Below, piece after piece: positions 25,055 to 33,864 of a DNA stretch of 63,981 nt (position 1 is its first letter; every line of letters starts with the position of its first letter). This stretch comes from a virus. Its lineage: Duplodnaviria > Caudoviricetes. The stretch is from positions 1 to 63,981 of the IMG/VR virus record IMGVR_UViG_3300014933_000403. One strand, given 5' to 3'. The notes below the pieces were generated by a model, which did not search any database, was not told the origin of the DNA, and saw only the letters and a list, made by a program, of their open reading frames with translations. The translations under genes were made by a program, and so were the position numbers.

Positions 25055-25412
25055 TTCTGTTTTGAGATGGGTGACTAAGTTGGATAACATTGTAAAGTCA
25101 GTGCTGCCAACAGTTATTAAAGAGATGAATTAACAATACCCACTCTATCAAAACAGGATAATGATTATGTATCCTTTATAGGATGTAAAATTAATGTATG
25201 CTGACGGTACTAAGTATTGGCATCTTGTGATACTAAAAGTGAACTTGGTATTGAATCCAAGAGTATCGTAACAGGTTTTAAACATTAATTTTGACTTTAA
25301 ACATAATTAAACAGGATAATAACGGTTGTGGTATGTTGAGTTGTGGGATAAAAACCTGTTAAACAATCTTTACCACACCGTTATTTATTTAACAAATTAA
25401 AAATGAAAAAGT

Positions 25413-25631
25413 ATGAGTGCTGAAAAAGGTAAATGTATGGCGTGTGGTACTCAAATAGGGTACAATTCTATTGGATATTGTCATAAGTGTGCTTCTGATT
25501 ATTGGGCAAAACATGATGAAGAATACCCGTTTATAGTAAGATTTGGCGATGACCAACAAGAATTTAAAACAGAACAAGAAGCAGAAGATTTTGTTCGTGA
25601 ATTAAGAAGAGTATTTGTTGAAAGAAAATAA
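25413..25631 (+). CDS. Small zinc-ribbon protein
   Basis: CMAC...CHKC. Confidence 0.6.
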   Translation: MSAEKGKCMACGTQIGYNSIGYCHKCASDYWAKHDEEYPFIVRFGDDQQEFKTEQEAEDFVRELRRVFVERK

Positions 25632-25664
25632 CCCCTTAACCCTCTTCCCTTAAATAAAAAAGTT

Positions 25665-25952
25665 ATGATAAATATTTGCGATAGCTGCGGTGGAGTAATT
25701 GGTAGAGATTGTTTTAATCCTATTGAGTGCGCTCAAATTACCGCTAATCTAAATAATTATCAGGAACAACCCGTATTTGATAATAAGTTTAAAGAAGCGG
25801 TTGAATTATTGAGAAGTTTGGCTGATATACAAAACGGTGCGCCACTTGTTCGGGATGAGAAAGAATGGAATAATATTATGGAAGATGTTTACTCTTTCCT
25901 AAATGAATATGAGCCGTTAATAAAAACCCAATCTGAACAAAATATATTCTAA
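25665..25952 (+). CDS. Small Cys-rich hypothetical protein
   Basis: CDSCGGVIGRDCFNPIEC. Confidence 0.6.
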   Translation: MINICDSCGGVIGRDCFNPIECAQITANLNNYQEQPVFDNKFKEAVELLRSLADIQNGAPLVRDEKEWNNIMEDVYSFLNEYEPLIKTQSEQNIF

Positions 25953-25991
25953 CCCTCTCCCCTTAATGGGGGGGAATAATATTTAATAAGT

Positions 25992-26303
25992 ATGAGTAAG
26001 ATGATGGATGAAATGACAATTAATGAAATTGCAGAAATATTAAACATTGCAATGGATGATGGCGAATATCACACCCCTTATGCATCAGATATAAACTTAC
26101 ATGAGTTGTCAAATTCAAAAGCTGCCTATGGTTGGTGTAATATATCTAAGCATAATACTTACCATGATAAAGAAGTGTGGTTCAATATAAATTCAAACAC
26201 GGTTAAAATTTGGGAAAATAAGTATGTAAAAGGTAAAGCAGATTTAAACCTATACCGACCTATATACAATATTAAAAAATTATCTAACCTACTTAACCCC
26301 TAA
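25992..26303 (+). CDS. Hypothetical protein
   Basis: Member of the AT-rich tandem small-ORF array. Confidence 0.6.
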   Translation: MSKMMDEMTINEIAEILNIAMDDGEYHTPYASDINLHELSNSKAAYGWCNISKHNTYHDKEVWFNINSNTVKIWENKYVKGKADLNLYRPIYNIKKLSNLLNP

Positions 26304-26305
26304 CC

Positions 26306-26617
26306 ATGAAAGAGAACACAAAAGAACAAATGAATCTATCTAAGCATACATTGGAATTGATTGAAAGATTAGCAAATGATTTTGTATTACAGAATCACAC
26401 TGGATACCCACATTATAAAAAACTTGAAATTGCATCAGATATAAAACAAGGTGCAATTATAGCGTTAACCAGCCCCGACATTCTTGCATCAGCAGGATTA
26501 GTAAGGAAGGAGGAAGTAAAAGAAGACTTGCAAAATATGTCAAATAATTACGTAGTTCTTAACGGTCAATATGTAATTCCAAAAAGTGTTCTTGATATAT
26601 ATATTGAAAATCTATAA
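26306..26617 (+). CDS. Hypothetical protein
   Basis: Array member; shares G...ALT...I...AGL with the 4397 ORF. Confidence 0.6.
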   Translation: MKENTKEQMNLSKHTLELIERLANDFVLQNHTGYPHYKKLEIASDIKQGAIIALTSPDILASAGLVRKEEVKEDLQNMSNNYVVLNGQYVIPKSVLDIYIENL

Positions 26618-26635
26618 CCTCCAAAACAATAACAC

Positions 26636-26890
26636 ATGAAAACAGCAGAAGAAATACTTTCTTACCATGATTTCGATGTTCATTATTATGGTAGTGGTAA
26701 ACTGGAAGTATTATCCGCAATGGAAGAATACGCCTTCCAATTCAAACAACAACCCCTACATGGGGAAGATGTTAGTAAGATCAGATTAGCAGTAAGTGAA
26801 GCATGGGAAGAATGTAGTAAATGGGAAATGCACGATGGAACGGCTTTAACTCTTGCAGAATATTTGGATAAAAACCACCCAATAAAATAA
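26636..26890 (+). CDS. Hypothetical protein
   Basis: MKTAEEIL...AMEEYA.Q pattern; array member. Confidence 0.6.
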   Translation: MKTAEEILSYHDFDVHYYGSGKLEVLSAMEEYAFQFKQQPLHGEDVSKIRLAVSEAWEECSKWEMHDGTALTLAEYLDKNHPIK

Positions 26891-26894
26891 AACA

Positions 26895-27443
26895 ATGAAC
26901 AAAACACAAGAAATATTAAATAAGAAAGTAGCAATAGACTTCCCTGATGGTAATGGGAATATATTGAAAGTGTATAAAGAAGATGCAGTATTGTCTATGC
27001 TAGACGAGATGGTGTCTTCCTACACAACCGCAAAATCTACTGTACTCCAGATGATCCCATTCGAACTCAAAGGAGATCTTGACCGTTTTCAGGACGCTTA
27101 CCTACCGACATTGGTTGAAGCTGGCGTTAAGTATGAGACGGCTGTTACGATCATATCATCTGTATGGTTGTTCGTCAATAATGTATATTCCGGCTCTGAC
27201 GGTATGCCAACCGATATTGCCTTTGAAAAAAGACTTTCCTCACTGATCAATATGCATTCAAAGGAGAACGACAGTAACACCCCTGATTTCATCCTGGCTA
27301 AGTTTATATCTGATTGCCTGGAGAACTTTAATAAGGCTACGGTGGCTAGAGATAACTGGCAAGGCCGAGGCACCAAGCAAGACATAGAACCGATAGCGAT
27401 ACCAGGTTTTGAAGAAGCCTTATCCAAACTACCGATAGGCTAG
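26895..27443 (+). CDS. Hypothetical multidomain protein
   Basis: C-terminal LIN.HS.EN.SNTPDFILA...CL..F......RD.W domain. Confidence 0.6.
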   Translation: MNKTQEILNKKVAIDFPDGNGNILKVYKEDAVLSMLDEMVSSYTTAKSTVLQMIPFELKGDLDRFQDAYLPTLVEAGVKYETAVTIISSVWLFVNNVYSGSDGMPTDIAFEKRLSSLINMHSKENDSNTPDFILAKFISDCLENFNKATVARDNWQGRGTKQDIEPIAIPGFEEALSKLPIG

Positions 27444-27547
27444 TAGCGCCCGTTTTACCTTCCATACACCTATGAACTTGGTCTAAAAAGCCAAGTTTTT
27501 TTTGTTTGTAAACATTTTTCCGCAACTTTATGGTCTAAATCTATTTT

Positions 27548-28816
27548 ATGACCAACTCATACGAAGCAGCACTTCTTACCGCAACAGGCGGTGGTAGCCC
27601 TGCTCCTGACGCTGGCGCAGCCCCTGCCCCAGATACAAATGCTGCCCCTGCAGCACCACAACAACCTGCCCCATCTTTAGAATTACCTGAGCAACAACCT
27701 GCAGTAGAAGGTTGGGCACAGCTTTCTGAAGAACAGAAGTTTGATCTTGCTGAAGCAGCCAAACAGAATGCTGCCGCCAATGGCGGTGCTGCCCCTGCAG
27801 GAGATCAACCTACCGCCCCTACCGCCCCAAACACCGGTGCATTTGATGAAGCCACTTTCTTTGGCGAAAAAACTGGTGGTAAATTTAAAAGCTGGGATGA
27901 GATTGTTCCTCAGTTAGAGAAAGCACCTGTGACCGTTGAGGTGGTTAAAGCACCTGAGTTCATTAATGAAGAATCTAAGAAAGTATACGAACTGATTGCT
28001 GCCGGTAAAATAGATGAGGTGACTCCTATCTTACAGCAAAGAGCATTCATTTCTAATTTAGCTAACCAGGAGCCTAGAACTATCCTGGCAGCACATATCA
28101 AAGAAGAATACCCATCCCTCACCGCTGAACAAATCAATTACGAGATCGACCGCAGATACAGCGTGAAGGAATCCGATTACGATGAAGATCCTTTAGGATT
28201 AAGCACTGCGAAAGCCATGGCGGCCGACCGCATGAAGCTTGATTCAGAAAAGGCTAAAACATATTTTACCAGTAAGCTGGGTGAATTGAAATTCCCTGAT
28301 CACTCCCCTGTCGGCCAACAGCCGCGTGCAGCTGCAGAACCGGACCTATCGACTCCAGAAGCTAAAAAAGCATTGGATTTTGTAACCGGACTCCCTGAGT
28401 TGACAAAATCAGAGAAACTTTCTTTTTCCTACAAGTCTGATAGTCCTGTAAATCCTATTACTGTTGGAGGAGATATCCTTTTCCCTCAGGAAAAGATCAC
28501 AGCGATTAAGGATGCTATTGGTGATCACCCTGAACTTTATATTTTAAATCGATTCTTCTCGAAAGACGGGACGTTCGATGGCGATAAATTTGCTCAGGCG
28601 ATATACAAAATAGAAAACACTGACGAGATCATTGCCCAGGCAGCTAGTCAATCTCTGACCCAGACTCAAAAAGAGATGCTGATTCGGAGTAAAAACTACA
28701 ACCCTAGTCTCAATGCACCCGGAGGTGACTTCGACAAAACCGCTGATCAATCTAACCGTGAAGCCATGGAAAGATTTTTCAACATTCCCGCAGCAACTGC
28801 AGGATCGCCTGTATAG
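27548..28816 (+). CDS. Putative capsid scaffolding/assembly protein
   Basis: Acidic, A/P-rich N-terminus and helical body; directly upstream of the MCP, as in crAss-like head modules. Confidence 0.6.
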   Translation: MTNSYEAALLTATGGGSPAPDAGAAPAPDTNAAPAAPQQPAPSLELPEQQPAVEGWAQLSEEQKFDLAEAAKQNAAANGGAAPAGDQPTAPTAPNTGAFDEATFFGEKTGGKFKSWDEIVPQLEKAPVTVEVVKAPEFINEESKKVYELIAAGKIDEVTPILQQRAFISNLANQEPRTILAAHIKEEYPSLTAEQINYEIDRRYSVKESDYDEDPLGLSTAKAMAADRMKLDSEKAKTYFTSKLGELKFPDHSPVGQQPRAAAEPDLSTPEAKKALDFVTGLPELTKSEKLSFSYKSDSPVNPITVGGDILFPQEKITAIKDAIGDHPELYILNRFFSKDGTFDGDKFAQAIYKIENTDEIIAQAASQSLTQTQKEMLIRSKNYNPSLNAPGGDFDKTADQSNREAMERFFNIPAATAGSPV

Positions 28817-28898
28817 GTGACTAATCGTTGCTAGGGAGACCTCAGGTGGCAGAAAACCGCCTGATCAATTATTGTATTAACCCTAACACGAAAATAAA

Positions 28899-30308
28899 AT
28901 GACTACTCTTCCCGGTTTTTCACAGTCCGGCTTTGCGACCTCGCAGTTTAGCTATCCGGTGCTGTTGAATGACCTCAACTCAAACGACAGGTCTTTCTTA
29001 AAGACCCTTATCCGCAAGTATGGCGTAGAAAACTACGGCTTGTGGCAGTTACTCATGGGCAAAACTGCTACCTATGAGCGCTCAGATAATAAGCAGTTCT
29101 ACCATTATGAGAAGCGTCAGCTGCACCCTTCTGTATCCGTACAGACAACAGTAGCATCTACCGGTGCCGGTAATGCCGTGACCTTCCAGGTAGGAACGGA
29201 TTCTTACTACCAGAACGGAACCCTGTGTCCTGTTCGTGTAGGTGAGACCATGATCCTGGATTCATCAGGTATTCAGGTGAAGGTAACAGCCATCCCTTCT
29301 ACGGCTACTAATGCGTGGACTGTGACCGTTGTTCCAAACCTGACCACAGATAATATCGCTTCCGCAAATTCTTCATCCATTCTTGCAGGTGATGCCTTCC
29401 TTTTCCGTGGTAACATGGACGCAGGTGAGGGATCAAACAAAACCGCTGGTCTCGCTCCGGTGTATGACAAGATATTCAACTACACCACAGAACATCGTGA
29501 TGATTTTGATATCTCTGACTTCGCCTTGATTGAGAAGCAGGAGGTTATCCTCGCTGATGGCCAGCAGTACTACTACAACCTGGCTCAGGATGATATGAAT
29601 AAGAGGTACATGAACAACATGTTCTTCAAAGTAATGGAAGGTAATACCGTAAACAACCTGAACAACGGTACCTATGGTACTATCGGTGTTCAGCAAAGGG
29701 TTGCTGCCAACGGTTCTCAGGTTCAGTATACTGCCGGTAACCCAATGCGCTACGATTTCCAGACTCTGACAAGAGCCTTGAACTTCTTCGGTGCGCCTGG
29801 TGAATACCATATGCTGAATGAGTTCTACGCAAAACAGGCCATCGACAACATGTTGTTTGATCTGTTCAAAGGAACTTTCAATGCATGCACCTACGAATCA
29901 GTGGGTGGTAGCAAAGAAAGCGCTGCAGCTTACGGTTTCGATACCTTCAAGATGGACAACATCACCTTCCATATGTATTGCAATGCAATGTATAACACGG
30001 AGATGGTGTACAAGAGAGTGCCTCAGGCCTCTACCGGTTCTATCTACCGTGGGTATGCGATCTGTATTCCTCAGCGTATCAACCAAGATCCTAAGATGAG
30101 AGACGGAAGCGGTAACGCGATGTCTTACCCATCTTTCCAGATCGTTTGGCAGAAAAGCCCCGACGGAACACGTATCCAAACATGGGAAACTGGCGGTGCC
30201 GCCCCTGCGAACAAAACAACCGTTATGGAGCGTAATATCTCTATGATGAGTTATTTCGGGGTGCGTACTATTGCCCCTGTGCAGTATGCGTTATTCCTTG
30301 GTTCTTAG
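28899..30308 (+). CDS. Major capsid protein, crAss-like
   Basis: 469 aa with strong C-ending codon bias; YHYEKRQLH, RVGET, GT.GV...V...G, YGFDTF...TFH motifs. Confidence 0.8.
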   Translation: MTTLPGFSQSGFATSQFSYPVLLNDLNSNDRSFLKTLIRKYGVENYGLWQLLMGKTATYERSDNKQFYHYEKRQLHPSVSVQTTVASTGAGNAVTFQVGTDSYYQNGTLCPVRVGETMILDSSGIQVKVTAIPSTATNAWTVTVVPNLTTDNIASANSSSILAGDAFLFRGNMDAGEGSNKTAGLAPVYDKIFNYTTEHRDDFDISDFALIEKQEVILADGQQYYYNLAQDDMNKRYMNNMFFKVMEGNTVNNLNNGTYGTIGVQQRVAANGSQVQYTAGNPMRYDFQTLTRALNFFGAPGEYHMLNEFYAKQAIDNMLFDLFKGTFNACTYESVGGSKESAAAYGFDTFKMDNITFHMYCNAMYNTEMVYKRVPQASTGSIYRGYAICIPQRINQDPKMRDGSGNAMSYPSFQIVWQKSPDGTRIQTWETGGAAPANKTTVMERNISMMSYFGVRTIAPVQYALFLGS

Positions 30309-30333
30309 TGAGTTAGGAATATTAATTTAAACA

Positions 30334-30357
30334 ATACGCCCCTTTATTGGGGCGTAT
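30334..30357. terminator. Hairpin between the convergent MCP and HNH genes
   Basis: ATACGCCCC-tttatt-GGGGCGTAT followed by a T-rich tract. Confidence 0.55.
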
Positions 30358-30781
30358 CTGTTTTCTTCCATGTCTTCCCGTTTTTTACTCTATTGATTGC
30401 AGACTTGCACATGCCGAACTGAACCATCAGTTCTTTTGTTGACTTACCGCAAGTCCGTATGTATTCAGCAGACTCTTCCGTTAGCTTTGCAACAGTGCTA
30501 TTTCTTGTATTCTGTAAATGGGTGGCCCATCTAAAATTATCTGGGCCGTAGTTGCCGTCATTATCTACCCGATCTAGTTCTAATCCTTCCTTGTATCCTT
30601 CTATAACATCATCATAGAAATTTTTGAAATCGTCCAACCATCTTTGGCAAACGGTTATTCCGCGACCACCATATCTATGGTACCTGACTCTGGTAGTATT
30701 GTAGCACCGATCTTTCATGTCAGACCAAATTCCGTATAGTTTATGGCTTCTTAGTTTGTGCTGTTTTTTACGTTCTTTCAT
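30344..30781 (-). mobile_element. Free-standing HNH-type homing endonuclease
   Basis: LYGIWSDMKDRC...YGGRGITVCQRW...LDRVDNDGNY.PDNFRWAT...N, with a C-terminal HTH; start refined to MKERKK. Confidence 0.85.
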
Positions 30782-30969
30782 AAAATAAAAATACCCCAGA
30801 GGATGATTGGGGTAGAACCGAATTGAGACTTTCTCTCTCTTCGCCCAACCGCCCTCTGGGGCAGTTTCTGTGATAATTAATCTGGGTTCTACTTCAGACA
30901 TCACAAATCTAAAAACTTTTTCTCAAATCAACCCAACCAATTCATTAATTTTGGGAAGACACTACCATC

Positions 30970-31641
30970 ATGACAGCCAATTACGCATATCAATTCATAA
31001 ACTTTATGGCCCGTAAGAACCAAATCGCTCAGATCACTCCTGATGAATTTGGATACGCCATGACCGCTGGACAGAAAGGGTATCAAGAATATTTACTAGG
31101 ATTTGTTCAGCAGTTCCAACCAGGTAGACCTGTGCCGGTAGTTGGTTTAGGTATGAACAACAAAATATCTACCGATTTGTCCCCATTTAAAGTAGAGGAG
31201 AAGACGATAAATATAGCATCAAACATTGCCCCATACCCAGATAAATTCAGGTATTTAGCCCTTATGACTGACCCGTCAGGAAAAAAAGTGGACTGGATAA
31301 GTGATAACAAGCTTCCTGGAAGGATGAATTCAGTGATCGATCCTCCTACTGATACCGGCAAGTGCTGGTACAACGAAGCGGCAACCGGTTGGCATGTGTA
31401 CCCAAATGGTCAAATAAGTTCAGTTATTGTTAACTATTATGTAAAGCCTGATGATGTTGTTTGGGGTTACGATATTGTAGGCGGCAGACCTGTTTACAAT
31501 CAGGCGAAAAGTGTAAACCCGCAGTTCAATGATTCAGCTATGACAGAAGTGCTCGGAAGGGCGTGTAAGATACTTGGCCTCTCTTTCCAATCAGAAAATC
31601 TCGTACAGTTTGGTATGGAGGTTATAAACAAAGGAGAATAA
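30970..31641 (+). CDS. Tail ring (tubular) protein 1, crAss-like
   Basis: Y..INF.ARKNQ..QITPDEF...Q N-terminus; Y..KP.DV.WGY. Confidence 0.7.
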   Translation: MTANYAYQFINFMARKNQIAQITPDEFGYAMTAGQKGYQEYLLGFVQQFQPGRPVPVVGLGMNNKISTDLSPFKVEEKTINIASNIAPYPDKFRYLALMTDPSGKKVDWISDNKLPGRMNSVIDPPTDTGKCWYNEAATGWHVYPNGQISSVIVNYYVKPDDVVWGYDIVGGRPVYNQAKSVNPQFNDSAMTEVLGRACKILGLSFQSENLVQFGMEVINKGE

Positions 31642-31642
31642 T

Positions 31643-32308
31643 ATGATCACTCAAGTAACTTTTGGTGTTTTTGTAGAGCGAATCAAGCGTTATCTTTCTA
31701 ACGGATGGCCAGATATTGCCGACAACTATACCAGCAACGAGATCCTCCTTTACGTATATGAGGCTTTAGCAACCGCTATTACTACGAGTGCAAAGGAATC
31801 TTACAAGGTTGATGGGATATATTCTACGTACGAAGGATTTATTACAACATTTTCATTTGCTGCAAGTGCATTTACCCGGGACGCTAAGACCGGTTACTTC
31901 AAGGTTACACTTCCTGCACCACCTGTCGGGTTGCCACTAGGTTATTCCATAAAGGCACCCACTTTTGTTGGCGATGGAGCAGAGAGTTACCCTTTGATCT
32001 TCCTGCAATCGTTTAACCGTGCTAATGCACTGAAGATGCCAACGCCAAACTTTGGTATTTACTGTTGGCCAGAGAATAGAACATTGTTTTTATATGCTAA
32101 TGGTCAAAATTTAATGGCTCTTCCCCAGACACTTAATGTGCCTATGTTGACAGCTAGAGGCGCTACAGGATCAGATACCGATGTAATCAATGCACCGGAT
32201 GATGATATTGAGATGGCATTTAAAATAGTTATTGATAATATTACAGGACGAGTTGACAGACCAAAAACTCTCACCAATGCCGGTAATACAGTCCCAACAG
32301 CAAAATAA
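31643..32308 (+). CDS. Tail ring (tubular) protein 2
   Basis: Size, helix-sheet-helix layout and position between ring genes. Confidence 0.55.
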   Translation: MITQVTFGVFVERIKRYLSNGWPDIADNYTSNEILLYVYEALATAITTSAKESYKVDGIYSTYEGFITTFSFAASAFTRDAKTGYFKVTLPAPPVGLPLGYSIKAPTFVGDGAESYPLIFLQSFNRANALKMPTPNFGIYCWPENRTLFLYANGQNLMALPQTLNVPMLTARGATGSDTDVINAPDDDIEMAFKIVIDNITGRVDRPKTLTNAGNTVPTAK

Positions 32309-32314
32309 TAACCC

Positions 32315-33100
32315 ATGTCAGCACCTATACAGACAAATATTAAACTCAGAGATGCTGTTTACTCTTATCAGGAGCAGGCAAAGGGTAATGAAGCAGAGTT
32401 TCTGAGGCTGTGGAGACTTGCGTTCCGTGGGTTTAAATTCATGGGATTGAATGGATTCTGGGAGCCACAGACAGTTGAATTGGTTGTCAATGCAAACAAA
32501 ACAGCCACATTCCCCGCAGATTACATCAAATGGTGCAAGGTTGGGCAGTTAAATGCAGCTGGGGAATTCCAGACGCTTGCCGTCAATAACAACCTGACTA
32601 CTTACCGCGATAACGGGCCTAACCGATTAGCTGATATCACACCAGAGATTCAGCAGGCATTGCTAGGACCTTACTGGATGACCGGTACCGGTTTCTATGG
32701 ACCGACCGATGGCGAGTGGGCAGGCAACCAACAGAACTTCGGTTTGGGCAGCCACTTGATTCAGCCTGGGGAGTTTAAGATTGATGAGACAAATCGTGTA
32801 ATTATACTGAATACCAACTACCCGTATCCAAACGTGTGGCTGATGTATCTGTCTGCACCGATTCAGAATATGGACTACGAGATTCCTATGCAGTTTGAGG
32901 AAGCTATGATCGCCTGGCTAGCTTGGAAGGATACGCAGTTTATGCCTGCAAACAGTCATATGGCAGGTAATGATAAGCAGATGAGGGCAAGAGATTTTGC
33001 TCGCGCAGTGAGTCTTTCTAAGAAGATGTACAAACCATTTAATCTGGCTGAGGCAGAGCAGTATTACAGAGAATCATTCCTATGGGGGGTTAAAGGATGA
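32315..33100 (+). CDS. Tail ring (tubular) protein 3
   Basis: FPADYIKWCKVG, FKID....IIL, L.YLS, IPMQFEEAMIAWLAW. Confidence 0.65.
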   Translation: MSAPIQTNIKLRDAVYSYQEQAKGNEAEFLRLWRLAFRGFKFMGLNGFWEPQTVELVVNANKTATFPADYIKWCKVGQLNAAGEFQTLAVNNNLTTYRDNGPNRLADITPEIQQALLGPYWMTGTGFYGPTDGEWAGNQQNFGLGSHLIQPGEFKIDETNRVIILNTNYPYPNVWLMYLSAPIQNMDYEIPMQFEEAMIAWLAWKDTQFMPANSHMAGNDKQMRARDFARAVSLSKKMYKPFNLAEAEQYYRESFLWGVKG

Positions 33101-33402
33101 CGGGACAACAAAACATAACGCTTATTGTCGGATATCCTGGTCCGGACCAACAAAGGATGATCACATTTACTTTGGGTACATCTTATTTCGATGCCGCCCA
33201 GACAAATGTTATCTACAATTGTACTGGTGTTGATCCTTCAGGGAATAACTACACGGCCAAGGGTATGTTTGATAGGTTGTATAAGTTCAAGGTGACAGAC
33301 ATAGTACTCGTGGTACCTACACCTGTACGGACGGTTCGATATTTATTAACAAGCGGTAGCGGTCGTTTATTAACGAGCGGTTCCGGCAAATTTATACTGT
33401 AA
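33097..33402 (+). CDS. Small structural protein
   Basis: C-terminal repeat YLLTSGSGRLLTSGSGKFIL, like fibre-attachment peptides. Confidence 0.5.
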   Translation: MTGQQNITLIVGYPGPDQQRMITFTLGTSYFDAAQTNVIYNCTGVDPSGNNYTAKGMFDRLYKFKVTDIVLVVPTPVRTVRYLLTSGSGRLLTSGSGKFIL

Positions 33403-33863
33403 TGGCAGGAGAAGACGCTCGTATAAACCAGTTAATAGTTGCAGCTATTGACCTTAGCTACAAGTTTCCATTTGAGGCACCATCTGGCGATGTTGACCCT
33501 GTATGTAATACTTTATTAGCGTTAAAAGAAAATTTTAGACCTTATAAAACTTATGCAGCCCTAATAAGCCTTAGTACATTGAACGCACCTAAAGTATTAA
33601 ATTCTGATTTCGGGGCTACTACTTTTGCTTTTACTAATCCATCAAACGGAACTATCAATATAGTCCCGTCAACGGCTATTTTTACAGCTAACAAAACAGC
33701 ATTAGTTTGTGGTTCATATAATAATAGTGGACAACCATATTTTGTAACAGGAGTTCCCGTAGGAGATTCTTTATTTATATTAAAATTCACTCTTTACGAT
33801 GGAACAAGTACAGGCACACCTAATTTTAGCGATACATTCATTGAAATAAGAGTATATAATTAA
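33402..33863 (+). CDS. Short fibre or decoration protein
   Basis: RINQL N-terminus, PYKTYAALIS, C-terminal IEIRVYN; AT-rich. Confidence 0.55.
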   Translation: MAGEDARINQLIVAAIDLSYKFPFEAPSGDVDPVCNTLLALKENFRPYKTYAALISLSTLNAPKVLNSDFGATTFAFTNPSNGTINIVPSTAIFTANKTALVCGSYNNSGQPYFVTGVPVGDSLFILKFTLYDGTSTGTPNFSDTFIEIRVYN

Positions 33864-33864
33864 T

